Assembly (NCBI GenBank): GCA_045655005.1
Contig: JAZOOJ010000001.1
Span: forward strand, 81,288 to 105,287
Source: Clostridia bacterium
GTDB taxonomy: Bacteria > Bacillota > Clostridia > Christensenellales > UBA1242
Length of the DNA: 24,000 nt
Direction: 5' to 3'
Below, in pieces: positions 8,904 through 16,626 of this stretch (positions within the stretch are counted from its first letter, which is position 1; every line of letters begins with the position of its first letter). A program made the translations under genes and the position numbers. A model generated the notes under the pieces. That model was not told where the DNA came from, searched no databases, and worked only from the letters and a program-made list of their open reading frames with translations.

Positions 8904-10289
8904 TTATTCTTCATCGTTTGAAATAGTTGGCAGGTCTTCGATAATTTCAAGTTTTAATTGAGTTATTTTTTTGCTTTCTATTGCAAGGATTGTAAATACA
9001 AGAGTAATTGCTTTTGTAACAAAATTCCCGTGTTCGTCAATTTGTTCGTCATTGGTGTTAACTTTTACTACGTCGTTTATATCGCAAAGTTCTTCGGACT
9101 TTTCAAAGATAAGACCTCCAACCGTTGTATAATTTGTTTCAGGAATATGCTCAATTTCAAGTTCTTCAAACAATTCAGTTAATTCGGTATCGGCGTCTAT
9201 AATATAAGTACCATCTTCAAGACGTTGAATATTATCGTGGTCTTGTTCTTCATCGTGTTCGTCATAAATTTCACCAACCATACATTCAATACAGTCTTCA
9301 AGGGTTACAAGTCCGCTCGTTCCACCTTGTTCGTCAATTACTATTGCTAAGTGCTTTTTCGCTTTTTGTAATTCACGTATTACATCATCAAGCTTCATTT
9401 CCTCAGATATAAAATGAGGGGTTGTCATTAATTTTTTAACACTTACTGGTTTAGTTGATGTAAGTAGGGCAGTAAAGAAATCCTTCTGATTAAGCACGCC
9501 AACTACATTATCTCTTGTACCGCTGTAAACAGGAAGTCTTGAATATTGGTATTCAACGAATAATTTTTTCACCGCTTCGATATCGTCATTTTCATCGATA
9601 AATATTACATCTTTTCTGTGCGTCATAACATCATAAGCAGATTGTTCGCCCAAACTTATTGCACCTTGTAGAATTTCTTTATTGTCGTGGTCAATGACAC
9701 CTTCTTCTTCCATAGTGTCAATAATGCTTTCAAGTTCAGTTTCTGTAACTGTTGGAACGACATCGGTTTCTCTTCTTTTTGTAATTTTATGTTGCAACCA
9801 GTAGAATGGGTAATAGATAGCGGAATATTTTAGCAGAAAATATACTCCGCCTGAGAATTTCAACGCATATTTTTCAGGGTTTGCTTTTGCCTTTGCCTTT
9901 GGTAAAATTTCACCAAAAATCAATATGATAATAGTTAACACTACGGTATTAAGTAGGTTGGAAATTGTTGGATTTAAAATAAATTTACCAAATAAATAGC
10001 CTGCAATTGTGGTACAAGCAATATTTACAAGGTTATTAAATGTAAGAATACAAGAAAGTGTTCTTTCAAAATTTTCGGTTATATAGATTGCTTTTCTTGA
10101 TCCTTTACGTTTCTCTTCGGCCAATGTTTTAAGCCTTAGCGAGTTACTTGAACTATAAGCGGTTTCACTGGCTGAGCAGAACGCCGAACAGAAAATCAGA
10201 ACAATTATGCTGAATAATAGGAAAATATCTCCTGACGAAATCTTTCCTAAAAAGTTTTGTGTTAAAATAATTGTACTCGGGACAACCAT
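8904..10289 (-). CDS. CorC/HlyC-type (CNNM/DUF21 + CBS pair + CorC_HlyC domain) membrane protein
   Basis: Multiple N-terminal TM helices, ILIFGEILPKAKAK, CBS-type DVIFIDENDDIEAVKKLFVEYQYSRLPVYSG and a C-terminal YTTVGGLIF domain; aggag RBS. Confidence 0.92.
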   Translation of the reverse strand: MVVPSTIILTQNFLGKISSGDIFLLFSIIVLIFCSAFCSASETAYSSSNSLRLKTLAEEKRKGSRKAIYITENFERTLSCILTFNNLVNIACTTIAGYLFGKFILNPTISNLLNTVVLTIIILIFGEILPKAKAKANPEKYALKFSGGVYFLLKYSAIYYPFYWLQHKITKRRETDVVPTVTETELESIIDTMEEEGVIDHDNKEILQGAISLGEQSAYDVMTHRKDVIFIDENDDIEAVKKLFVEYQYSRLPVYSGTRDNVVGVLNQKDFFTALLTSTKPVSVKKLMTTPHFISEEMKLDDVIRELQKAKKHLAIVIDEQGGTSGLVTLEDCIECMVGEIYDEHDEEQDHDNIQRLEDGTYIIDADTELTELFEELEIEHIPETNYTTVGGLIFEKSEELCDINDVVKVNTNDEQIDEHGNFVTKAITLVFTILAIESKKITQLKLEIIEDLPTISNDEE

Positions 10290-10423
10290 TTTTTATCTCC
10301 TAAATTTGCCTATCTCAATTTGGCTTGACTAAAGCAAGTCAGGTAGGTAAATTTTATTGCCATATATTATACACCAATTTTCAAAAATTGTCAAGTTTAC
10401 CATATATTATATGTATTGTTGAC

Positions 10424-11038
10424 CTAAAATTTACGAAGTAATCCAGTTACGACTCCTAAAATTGTGCAATTTTCAACAATGATTGGTTCCATAAAATCAT
10501 TTTCAGGTTGAAGTCTTATATGCCCGTCTTCTTTATAAAATCGTTTAACTGTTGCGCTGTCATCGATTAAAGCAACAACAATTTCACCATTTCTTGCAGT
10601 ATTTTGCTTTTTGACGATTATTTTATCGCCATTAAAAATGCCTGCATTTATCATACTTTCACCTGATACCGTTGTCGCAAATAATTCATCTGAATTAAAT
10701 AATGATTTAGGCAAGCACAAATTTTCTTCCAAATTCTCTGTCGCAAGAATTGGAGTTCCTGCAGCAACCGTTCCAAGCAGTGGGGCGTAGGTTATTTCTG
10801 ATGGATTTATTACAGATTTTTTTATGCCAACAACTTCAATCGCACGATTTTTTGTGCTTGAACGCCTAATATGACCTTGTTGTTCAAGTTTATCAAGATA
10901 ATAGTGGGCAGTGGCAGAAGAACTTACATTTAGTTCTTTGCAAATTTCACGCACAGTAGGTGGATAACCAAACTGATTTACAAAATTGGTTATAAATTGC
11001 AATGTTTTATTCAATTTATCTTGCGTAGTCTTTGCCAT
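10424..11038 (-). CDS. lexA: LexA repressor
   Basis: N-terminal wHTH FGYPPTVREICKELNVSS, cleavage site TVAAG, Ser-Lys dyad (SGESM ... ATVKRFYKE). Start refined to ATG 11038 with gaggga RBS. Confidence 0.95.
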   Translation of the reverse strand: MAKTTQDKLNKTLQFITNFVNQFGYPPTVREICKELNVSSSATAHYYLDKLEQQGHIRRSSTKNRAIEVVGIKKSVINPSEITYAPLLGTVAAGTPILATENLEENLCLPKSLFNSDELFATTVSGESMINAGIFNGDKIIVKKQNTARNGEIVVALIDDSATVKRFYKEDGHIRLQPENDFMEPIIVENCTILGVVTGLLRKF

Positions 11039-11080
11039 AAAATCCCTCAAAAAATGTGTAGTCAAATAACTCTTGGAATT

Positions 11081-11109
11081 ATTATACTACACAAATTATA
11101 GAAATGCAA
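11081..11109 (-). promoter_or_regulatory. lexA promoter
   Basis: Minus-strand TTGCAT (11109-11104), 17 bp, TATAAT (11086-11081). Confidence 0.55.
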
Positions 11110-11120
11110 AACATTTGTTC
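11109..11120. promoter_or_regulatory. Candidate LexA (SOS) operator
   Basis: AAACATTTGTTC, one mismatch from the Gram-positive core GAAC-N4-GTTC, abutting the lexA -35. Confidence 0.4.
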
Positions 11121-11152
11121 AAAAAATTTAAACAAAATTTTACCTATTATTG

Positions 11153-11181
11153 TTGAACAAAAATTCATCTTGTGTTATAAT
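11153..11181 (+). promoter_or_regulatory. Promoter for the His/Cys-rich protein
   Basis: TTGAAC, 17 bp, TATAAT. Confidence 0.6.
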
Positions 11182-11212
11182 GCTGGGTAATAAATTTAGG
11201 AGTGTATTAAAA

Positions 11213-11533
11213 ATGGAAGAACAACATCATCACCACGATTGCGATTGTCACAACCATACACAACATAGCGATTGCAACTGCGGTTCTCATTCACATCAAA
11301 ACGATAAAAAGGATATTCAAAAGAAAAAATATAAAGATTTTGAGTTTGACGACGAAACCGATTTTACCTGTGATTTAGACCCAACAAAAATATGTGATAA
11401 TTGCGGAAAGTGCCTGGATGCTTTTAATACAGATAAAGAGGGCTATGTGCAAATTCAAATCGATAAAATCGAAAAAGGTGATAGCACCCTTCAAGACCTT
11501 TACAAAATGTATGGGCTTGATGATAATCAATAA
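11213..11533 (+). CDS. Small His/Cys-rich protein (MEEQHHHHDCDCHNHTQHSDCNCGSHSH...), predicted metal-binding
   Basis: ORF with aggag RBS upstream of ATG 11213 and a promoter; C-terminal TCDLDPTKICDNCGKCLDAF. The upstream ATG 11150 precedes the promoter. Confidence 0.85.
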   Translation: MEEQHHHHDCDCHNHTQHSDCNCGSHSHQNDKKDIQKKKYKDFEFDDETDFTCDLDPTKICDNCGKCLDAFNTDKEGYVQIQIDKIEKGDSTLQDLYKMYGLDDNQ

Positions 11534-12568
11534 TTAATCTCTAAGTTTTACTTTGTTTGCAACGTTTTTACGTAAGTCTTCTGAAATGGCAGCATAGTGT
11601 TTTTTAGTGGTGTTTACATCTTTATGCCCCAAAACGTCTGCAACGATGTAAATATCTTGAGTTTCACGATAAAGTTCAGTACCATACGTACTCCTCAATT
11701 TATGAGGAGTAATTTTTTTTAGTGGGGTGGTTGCACTTGCATATTTTTTCACAAGTAATTGAACAGTCCTAACATTAATACGTCTGTTTTGAAGTGATAA
11801 AAAAACCGCAGGCTCATTTCTTGCTTGCTTATTTTCACTACGTCTTACTAGGTATGAAAGCAGAGCATCACGAACTTCATCTCCAAAATATACAATTTCT
11901 TGATTTCCGCCTTTTCGGGTAATCTTTATGCCGTTCACATCAAAATCCAGATCATCAAGATTAAGACCCACACACTCTGAAACACGAATTCCTGTACCAA
12001 GCATTAGCGTAATAATTGCGACATCTCTTTCTTTTGTGTATTGATGAAAGGCTTTCTCTCGGTCGGTAAGCGAAGACCCTGCCTCTGTAATGGTAATAAG
12101 TTTTGCGACTTCGTCTGATTCAAGTTTAATAATTGGCTTTTCATGTAGTTTGGGCATTTTTACTTTTTGAGTTACATTCTCATTAATCATTTCTTTGTTA
12201 TAAAAATAAGTGAAAAATGACTTAATTGTAGACAATTTCCTAGATTTACCTTGCTCTCCATTAGAATATTCTTTATTATCATATGAATAATGCGACAAAT
12301 AACTAAGAAAATTCTCTATTGTCTGAGCCGAAATCACATTCAAATCTGCTGGTTCAAGTTGACGAAGATCTTTATCAAACAATTCTGTTTCTGTCATTAG
12401 ATATTCAAAAAACACCCTGAGGTCATAGGCATAATTCAGCCTGGTGAGTGGGGAAGTAGATTGCTCAACACCTACAAAAAAGATTTCTGCAAATATGGGC
12501 AATTCTTTTAAAATTTCACGAGTTTTTAATATGCAGTTGTCTGCACGAGTTTCAAAATAATTTTTCAT
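11534..12568 (-). CDS. Tyrosine recombinase, XerS/XerC/D-like
   Basis: Catalytic motifs GTGIRVSECVGLNLDD, HKLRSTYGTEL, LGHKDVNTTKKHY; segment between domains and RKGGN motif reminiscent of XerS. Start near ATG 12568 or GTG 12583. Confidence 0.9.
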   Translation of the reverse strand: MKNYFETRADNCILKTREILKELPIFAEIFFVGVEQSTSPLTRLNYAYDLRVFFEYLMTETELFDKDLRQLEPADLNVISAQTIENFLSYLSHYSYDNKEYSNGEQGKSRKLSTIKSFFTYFYNKEMINENVTQKVKMPKLHEKPIIKLESDEVAKLITITEAGSSLTDREKAFHQYTKERDVAIITLMLGTGIRVSECVGLNLDDLDFDVNGIKITRKGGNQEIVYFGDEVRDALLSYLVRRSENKQARNEPAVFLSLQNRRINVRTVQLLVKKYASATTPLKKITPHKLRSTYGTELYRETQDIYIVADVLGHKDVNTTKKHYAAISEDLRKNVANKVKLRD

Positions 12569-12906
12569 AAATTTATTATACACAACTCCTAAGTTATTTA
12601 CAAACGATTTTTAATCTTTTCGCAAAATACTTTTTTGGTTTTATATCAAACTAAATAATTTAAGCACAAACATAAATAAATTATTATAACACAGAGAGAA
12701 TTTCAATATTTATACAAAAACTATTCTGTGCCTGTTATGTAATGATATTGTGTGAGAGAGAGATATATAGCAAAAGATATGTATAAAACACGCATTGATT
12801 TTGTTTAATGTATTTTTAAAGCGTTCTGTCACAGAATACAACAAAAACAATGATCAAATTATTAAAGAAATTCTGAGATAAATACATTGATAATGGATAA
12901 CTAAAC

Positions 12907-12959
12907 TTTGTACGATTTCTGACGGAATGAATAAAAATTTTCTGAGCAAATCGTACAAA
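12907..12959. repeat. Perfect 12-bp inverted repeat, 29-bp spacer
   Basis: TTTGTACGATTT (12907-12918) and AAATCGTACAAA (12948-12959). Confidence 0.85.
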
Positions 12960-13139
12960 AATTTGTGTGGAAATATTATAATAAATACACAACATATTTT
13001 ATAGAGTTTACTCATGTAAAACTAATACGATTTATTATAAATTGGTGAATCAAAATTATATAAACAATAGTAAAATTAACGACAGACTTGGAAGATGTCA
13101 AAATTTTAAGATTTTCTAGCAAATAATCATAAATTAAAT

Positions 13140-13161
13140 AAAATGCCAAAAAAATGCCAAA
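13140..13161. repeat. Tandem 11-bp direct repeat next to attL
   Basis: AAAATGCCAAA twice back to back. Confidence 0.8.
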
Positions 13162-13191
13162 ATTTGAGTAATTTTCGCCTTATAATTTCGT

Positions 13192-13225
13192 AAAATCTGC
13201 ATTTTGCGAAGTCTTAAAAGATGTC
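13192..13225. repeat. Left attachment repeat (attL)
   Basis: AAAATCTGCATTTTGCGAAGTCTTAAAAGATGTC, 33/34 identical to 20217..20250. Confidence 0.85.
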
Positions 13226-13253
13226 TTTATTATAAAAAAGTTCTTTCCTATTG

Positions 13254-14105
13254 TCAAGCAAATTCTTCATTATTTTTAAAAAAATTTATTTGACGCATAA
13301 TTCTTTCGAATATCTCTCTTGAAATCCCTACCCTACTGGCTGAATTTTGCACAAATGGTTGAAGACTTTTCTGTTTATCTTTTCCGAGTTGTTTAAAATA
13401 AAACATAGGATCATCTGACATTGAAAGTAATTTCAAAAGGACTAAATCAGTTTTTGAAAGTTTAACCATATCAAACATATCTAAGTCTTTAAAAAAAACA
13501 ACTTCTGGAAATTGTGTCATAAATATATCATAATCAATCTTATTTGACGTTATTTCAAGACGAGTCAATGAATAGTCAAGTTTACTTTCAATAGTTTTAT
13601 TGTACAGTTTACAACGACCAAATTCAGAATCAGATCCGAGATATTCAGTAACATTTTCGCCAGAAGAGTCAAATGAATGACGCTTATGAACTCTTCTATC
13701 TTTCTTTAAATAAACCAAAGAACGCTTACAAGGAATATCAATCGAAATATCATAATTAACCATCTCGCAATCTTGCCAGCGTCTGCGAAGAAAAAATAAG
13801 ACCGAACTTAATTCACGAGAATAACCAACTTTATTAGGGTTGAACTGAACAAAACAACTAAAGAAATCTTTTTTTGAAAGTCCATTAAAACAAAGACCAA
13901 CTGAAAAAGAATTTTCTTTTATATATATCGTAAATAATTCACGATAATTAAATGGTTTAACCGAAAAAGAATGCTTATGCTCAAATCTTCTTAAATAGTC
14001 CATTATTTCAAAACAAGATTCTTGTGTAATTTTGAATTTATAACGAACCATATCAAGACTATAAATCAATTTATTTTCAGACGTTGGAAAATAATAAGAT
14101 AACAT
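13254..14105 (-). CDS. Rep_trans/RstA-like phage replication initiator
   Basis: YDISIDIP, YLGS..SEFGRCKLYNKTIESKLDYSLTRLEI are in line with filamentous-phage/rolling-circle initiators. Start uncertain: ORF is open to 14222, ATG 14105 preferred. Confidence 0.75.
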   Translation of the reverse strand: MLSYYFPTSENKLIYSLDMVRYKFKITQESCFEIMDYLRRFEHKHSFSVKPFNYRELFTIYIKENSFSVGLCFNGLSKKDFFSCFVQFNPNKVGYSRELSSVLFFLRRRWQDCEMVNYDISIDIPCKRSLVYLKKDRRVHKRHSFDSSGENVTEYLGSDSEFGRCKLYNKTIESKLDYSLTRLEITSNKIDYDIFMTQFPEVVFFKDLDMFDMVKLSKTDLVLLKLLSMSDDPMFYFKQLGKDKQKSLQPFVQNSASRVGISREIFERIMRQINFFKNNEEFA

Positions 14106-14142
14106 ATCACACCTATCCACCCTACTATTTTTTACTAAAAAT

Positions 14143-14380
14143 GCGGAAAACCGCACGACTTGGCACCTTGTTAGACGTAGGTGCGAAAAACGTTTTTTAT
14201 TTTTTATTTTGTACGTAGACATTATAGTGTTTACGTAGTCAAGATAAAGAACCTTGACGAAAGGCTAATCAAGTGCGTAATGCACTATGGATGAAACTTT
14301 AAATGTAGAAACTCGCATTGCTACCTTGAGAAAAACTAAAACCTTGACATTTTAACCTAACATTAGGGCATCGCCCTAAT
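14143..14380. other. Putative phage replication origin / intergenic region
   Basis: Hairpins GCGG-AAAA-CCGC (14143-14154), GCACCT...AGGTGC (14163-14184), AGTGC...GCACT (14272-14286), ATTAGGGC-ATC-GCCCTAAT (14362-14380), plus ACGTAG x3 and ACCTTG x4. Confidence 0.55.
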
Positions 14381-14498
14381 AACCCAATAACGCAAGGCTC
14401 AGAATTGCAAGCAGTAGAAAAGACCTTTAAAATTACTTGATTTTGATATTGTAATTGTGATAGAATTGTAAAAAAAACAAAAAGGGAAAAATAAAAAA

Positions 14499-15182
14499 GT
14501 GGGAAGAAGAAAACAAAAAAAACAAGATACAGCTTCAGCAATAGGAATACTATTTGTTATAGCTATTTGTATTGCGTTGATAAAAATAATAGCACCAATA
14601 CTCATTGCAACAGCAGTAATTGTAATAATTATTAAAATTGTAAAAAAAATCAAAGCAAAAAAAACATATACAAACAAAGAAAAAATATATTACGAAGATC
14701 TAAATGAAGACGAACCTATTGACAATCTACAATTTAAAACTAATAATGAGACATATATTGATAAAGAAAAATACCAATTAAGCAAAAAAAAATACACCAA
14801 GAAAGAAGAATATCAAACAAATTGTGAAAAATATTATTACAAAATAATAAAAGAAGAATTTGAAACTAAATATGATATATTCCCACAAGTTCCATTATCA
14901 TCTGTCATAAAAAAGAATAAAGACTTTGAAAAACAATATCAAAACGAACTATTCAGAATAATAGATTTTGGAATTTTTGAGAAAGAAACACAAAAACCCT
15001 TATTGCTAATAGAAATTAACGACAAAACACATAAACAGCAAAATAGGATTAAAAGGGACAATAAAATAAAAGAAATCTGTAATAATGCAAACATAAAATT
15101 AATTACATTTTGGACAGATGAAAATAAAAATAAAGAGTATATTATCAATAAAATAAAAAACACATTAGATTACATTTTATAA
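14499..15182 (+). CDS. Membrane-anchored DUF2726 / PD-(D/E)XK nuclease-like protein (227 aa)
   Basis: Two hydrophobic N-terminal segments, then FPQVPLSSVI..FRIIDFGIFEKETQKPLLLIEINDKTHKQQNRIKRDNKIKEICNNANIKLITF. GTG start. Confidence 0.75.
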   Translation: MGRRKQKKQDTASAIGILFVIAICIALIKIIAPILIATAVIVIIIKIVKKIKAKKTYTNKEKIYYEDLNEDEPIDNLQFKTNNETYIDKEKYQLSKKKYTKKEEYQTNCEKYYYKIIKEEFETKYDIFPQVPLSSVIKKNKDFEKQYQNELFRIIDFGIFEKETQKPLLLIEINDKTHKQQNRIKRDNKIKEICNNANIKLITFWTDENKNKEYIINKIKNTLDYIL

Positions 15183-15192
15183 TATTTTAGGG

Positions 15193-15215
15193 GGGAGCGA
15201 CATAAAGTCGCTCCC
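15193..15215. terminator. Strong hairpin between convergent phage genes (terminator-like)
   Basis: GGGAGCGAC-ataaa-GTCGCTCCC, perfect 9-bp stem. Confidence 0.65.
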
Positions 15216-15232
15216 TTTAACCCTCAAAAAAA

Positions 15233-15652
15233 TTAAAAAAATATAAACTTGGCGACCCAAATAACATAAATAATTACTTGTAAAAGGCCTCTTGCACAAA
15301 ACTCAATAACAGAATAAAACCCAGTTGCCATGTTAAAAAAATCACGAATAAAATTAAAAGCACCCCAGTCGGAAACTATCTCAAGAGAATCAAACCACGT
15401 CATAGACATTGAAACACTGGGAGCATCAGCAACGGATGAAAGCAGACCACCAAAAGTTATAAAACCATTACCAAGTAAAGTCTTAAATAAAGAAACAACA
15501 AGAACAAGACCAAGAACAAGAGAGAGAACATTAAAACCCTGCCTAACATCATTAGATGACACATTAGAGTCTATTTTTTCTTTTGGTTTTTTTTGAGTAA
15601 CAGTAACATTAGAACCACCACGTGAAATCACAGTAATTTCTTTTTTTGACAT
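15233..15652 (-). CDS. Phage membrane protein, possibly minor virion/assembly protein (pVI-like position)
   Basis: Hydrophobic segments near the middle and C-terminus, immediately downstream of the pIII-like gene. Confidence 0.65.
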   Translation of the reverse strand: MSKKEITVISRGGSNVTVTQKKPKEKIDSNVSSNDVRQGFNVLSLVLGLVLVVSLFKTLLGNGFITFGGLLSSVADAPSVSMSMTWFDSLEIVSDWGAFNFIRDFFNMATGFYSVIEFCARGLLQVIIYVIWVAKFIFF

Positions 15653-15663
15653 AAACCACCTCA

Positions 15664-16626
15664 CTAAATTAAAAGCCTAACAACTGAAACTATAAAAGCC
15701 AAAGTTAATAACCCAGTAAAGAACCCAGCAAGATTAACACCAAGCAACTCAAAATTAAACAAACCCATAAATGCTTGCACCGGAGCATCTATAACAGCAG
15801 AAATCAAACTAAAGAAAGTATAGCTATTGGAAGCGTTTGCACCTGCTTGATAACCATTGTTATAGCCTATAACTTCGCCAGCTCTAGACCCTGCAGAATA
15901 ACCATTATCATAACCGACATTTTCACCAATTGAATAACCGGAATCATATCCTTCCTTAAAAACATCATCATCTAAAAATGTGCCGACTAAATAATAATAT
16001 CGGTCAGTATATTCAAAATACGAAGCAATATGAGCATTTTCACCGGTAATATCGCAAGGTATGCGAATAGAAAAGACTTTATCATTTTCATCATAGTAGT
16101 CAATGTAAGTATATATACGCATAGTGTGAGTATTTAACATAGATTCAGTGCTATAAATACGAACTTTTTTTACAAAACAGTTAAAACCATAATCACAACC
16201 GAGTGCATATGAAAAATAGTAATGATTAGCATTATTAACAGTCTGATGAAAAGAAGTATATGTAAGAGGCTCACCCTCATTACTAAAATTAACTTGTTGT
16301 GTAGTATTTACTGAATCATAACCGATACCAGGATAAAAATATTTAAATTCAATATCCGACTCAATATAGCCATTGTAATTATTCAAATCAACTTCAAAAT
16401 TAAAAAAGCCTAATGCATAACCGACACCTTCTTGGATTGAACTAGAAACTGTAACAATTGAACTACCATTAAAAGAATAACCAGTAGAGACTTCATCAGC
16501 ACTAGCAATCATTGTTTTAGGTTGAAATTTGGGTAAAAAAGGGCTTATACAAAGCATCAAAGCACTTGCACAAGCAATAAATATACTAGATATTCTTTTA
16601 ATTATTTTTCGTTTGTTTTCGACCAT
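15664..16626 (-). CDS. pIII-like putative adsorption/minor coat protein
   Basis: N-terminal signal-like segment, Ser/Tyr-rich ectodomain, GYDSGYSIGENVGYDNGYSAGSRAGEVIGYNNGYQAG repeats, C-terminal hydrophobic anchor. Confidence 0.75.
   Translation of the reverse strand: MVENKRKIIKRISSIFIACASALMLCISPFLPKFQPKTMIASADEVSTGYSFNGSSIVTVSSSIQEGVGYALGFFNFEVDLNNYNGYIESDIEFKYFYPGIGYDSVNTTQQVNFSNEGEPLTYTSFHQTVNNANHYYFSYALGCDYGFNCFVKKVRIYSTESMLNTHTMRIYTYIDYYDENDKVFSIRIPCDITGENAHIASYFEYTDRYYYLVGTFLDDDVFKEGYDSGYSIGENVGYDNGYSAGSRAGEVIGYNNGYQAGANASNSYTFFSLISAVIDAPVQAFMGLFNFELLGVNLAGFFTGLLTLAFIVSVVRLLI

Noticed and set aside
11534-12568. Recombinase treated as part of the phage genome (element 11534..20250)
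   Set aside because: It lies outside the matched direct repeats and abuts a non-phage gene. Kept as host-like, though an alternative outer att pair missed by eye cannot be excluded.
14299-14677. Minus-strand 80-aa and 92-aa ORFs opposite the 5' end of the DUF2726-like gene
   Set aside because: Hydrophobic character mirrors AT-rich origin/TM-coding DNA of the + gene. A small phage protein cannot be fully excluded, but there is no supporting RBS.
15330-15596. 88-aa + strand ORF opposite the phage membrane protein
   Set aside because: Antisense shadow; the minus-strand ORF fits the operon and has TM features.
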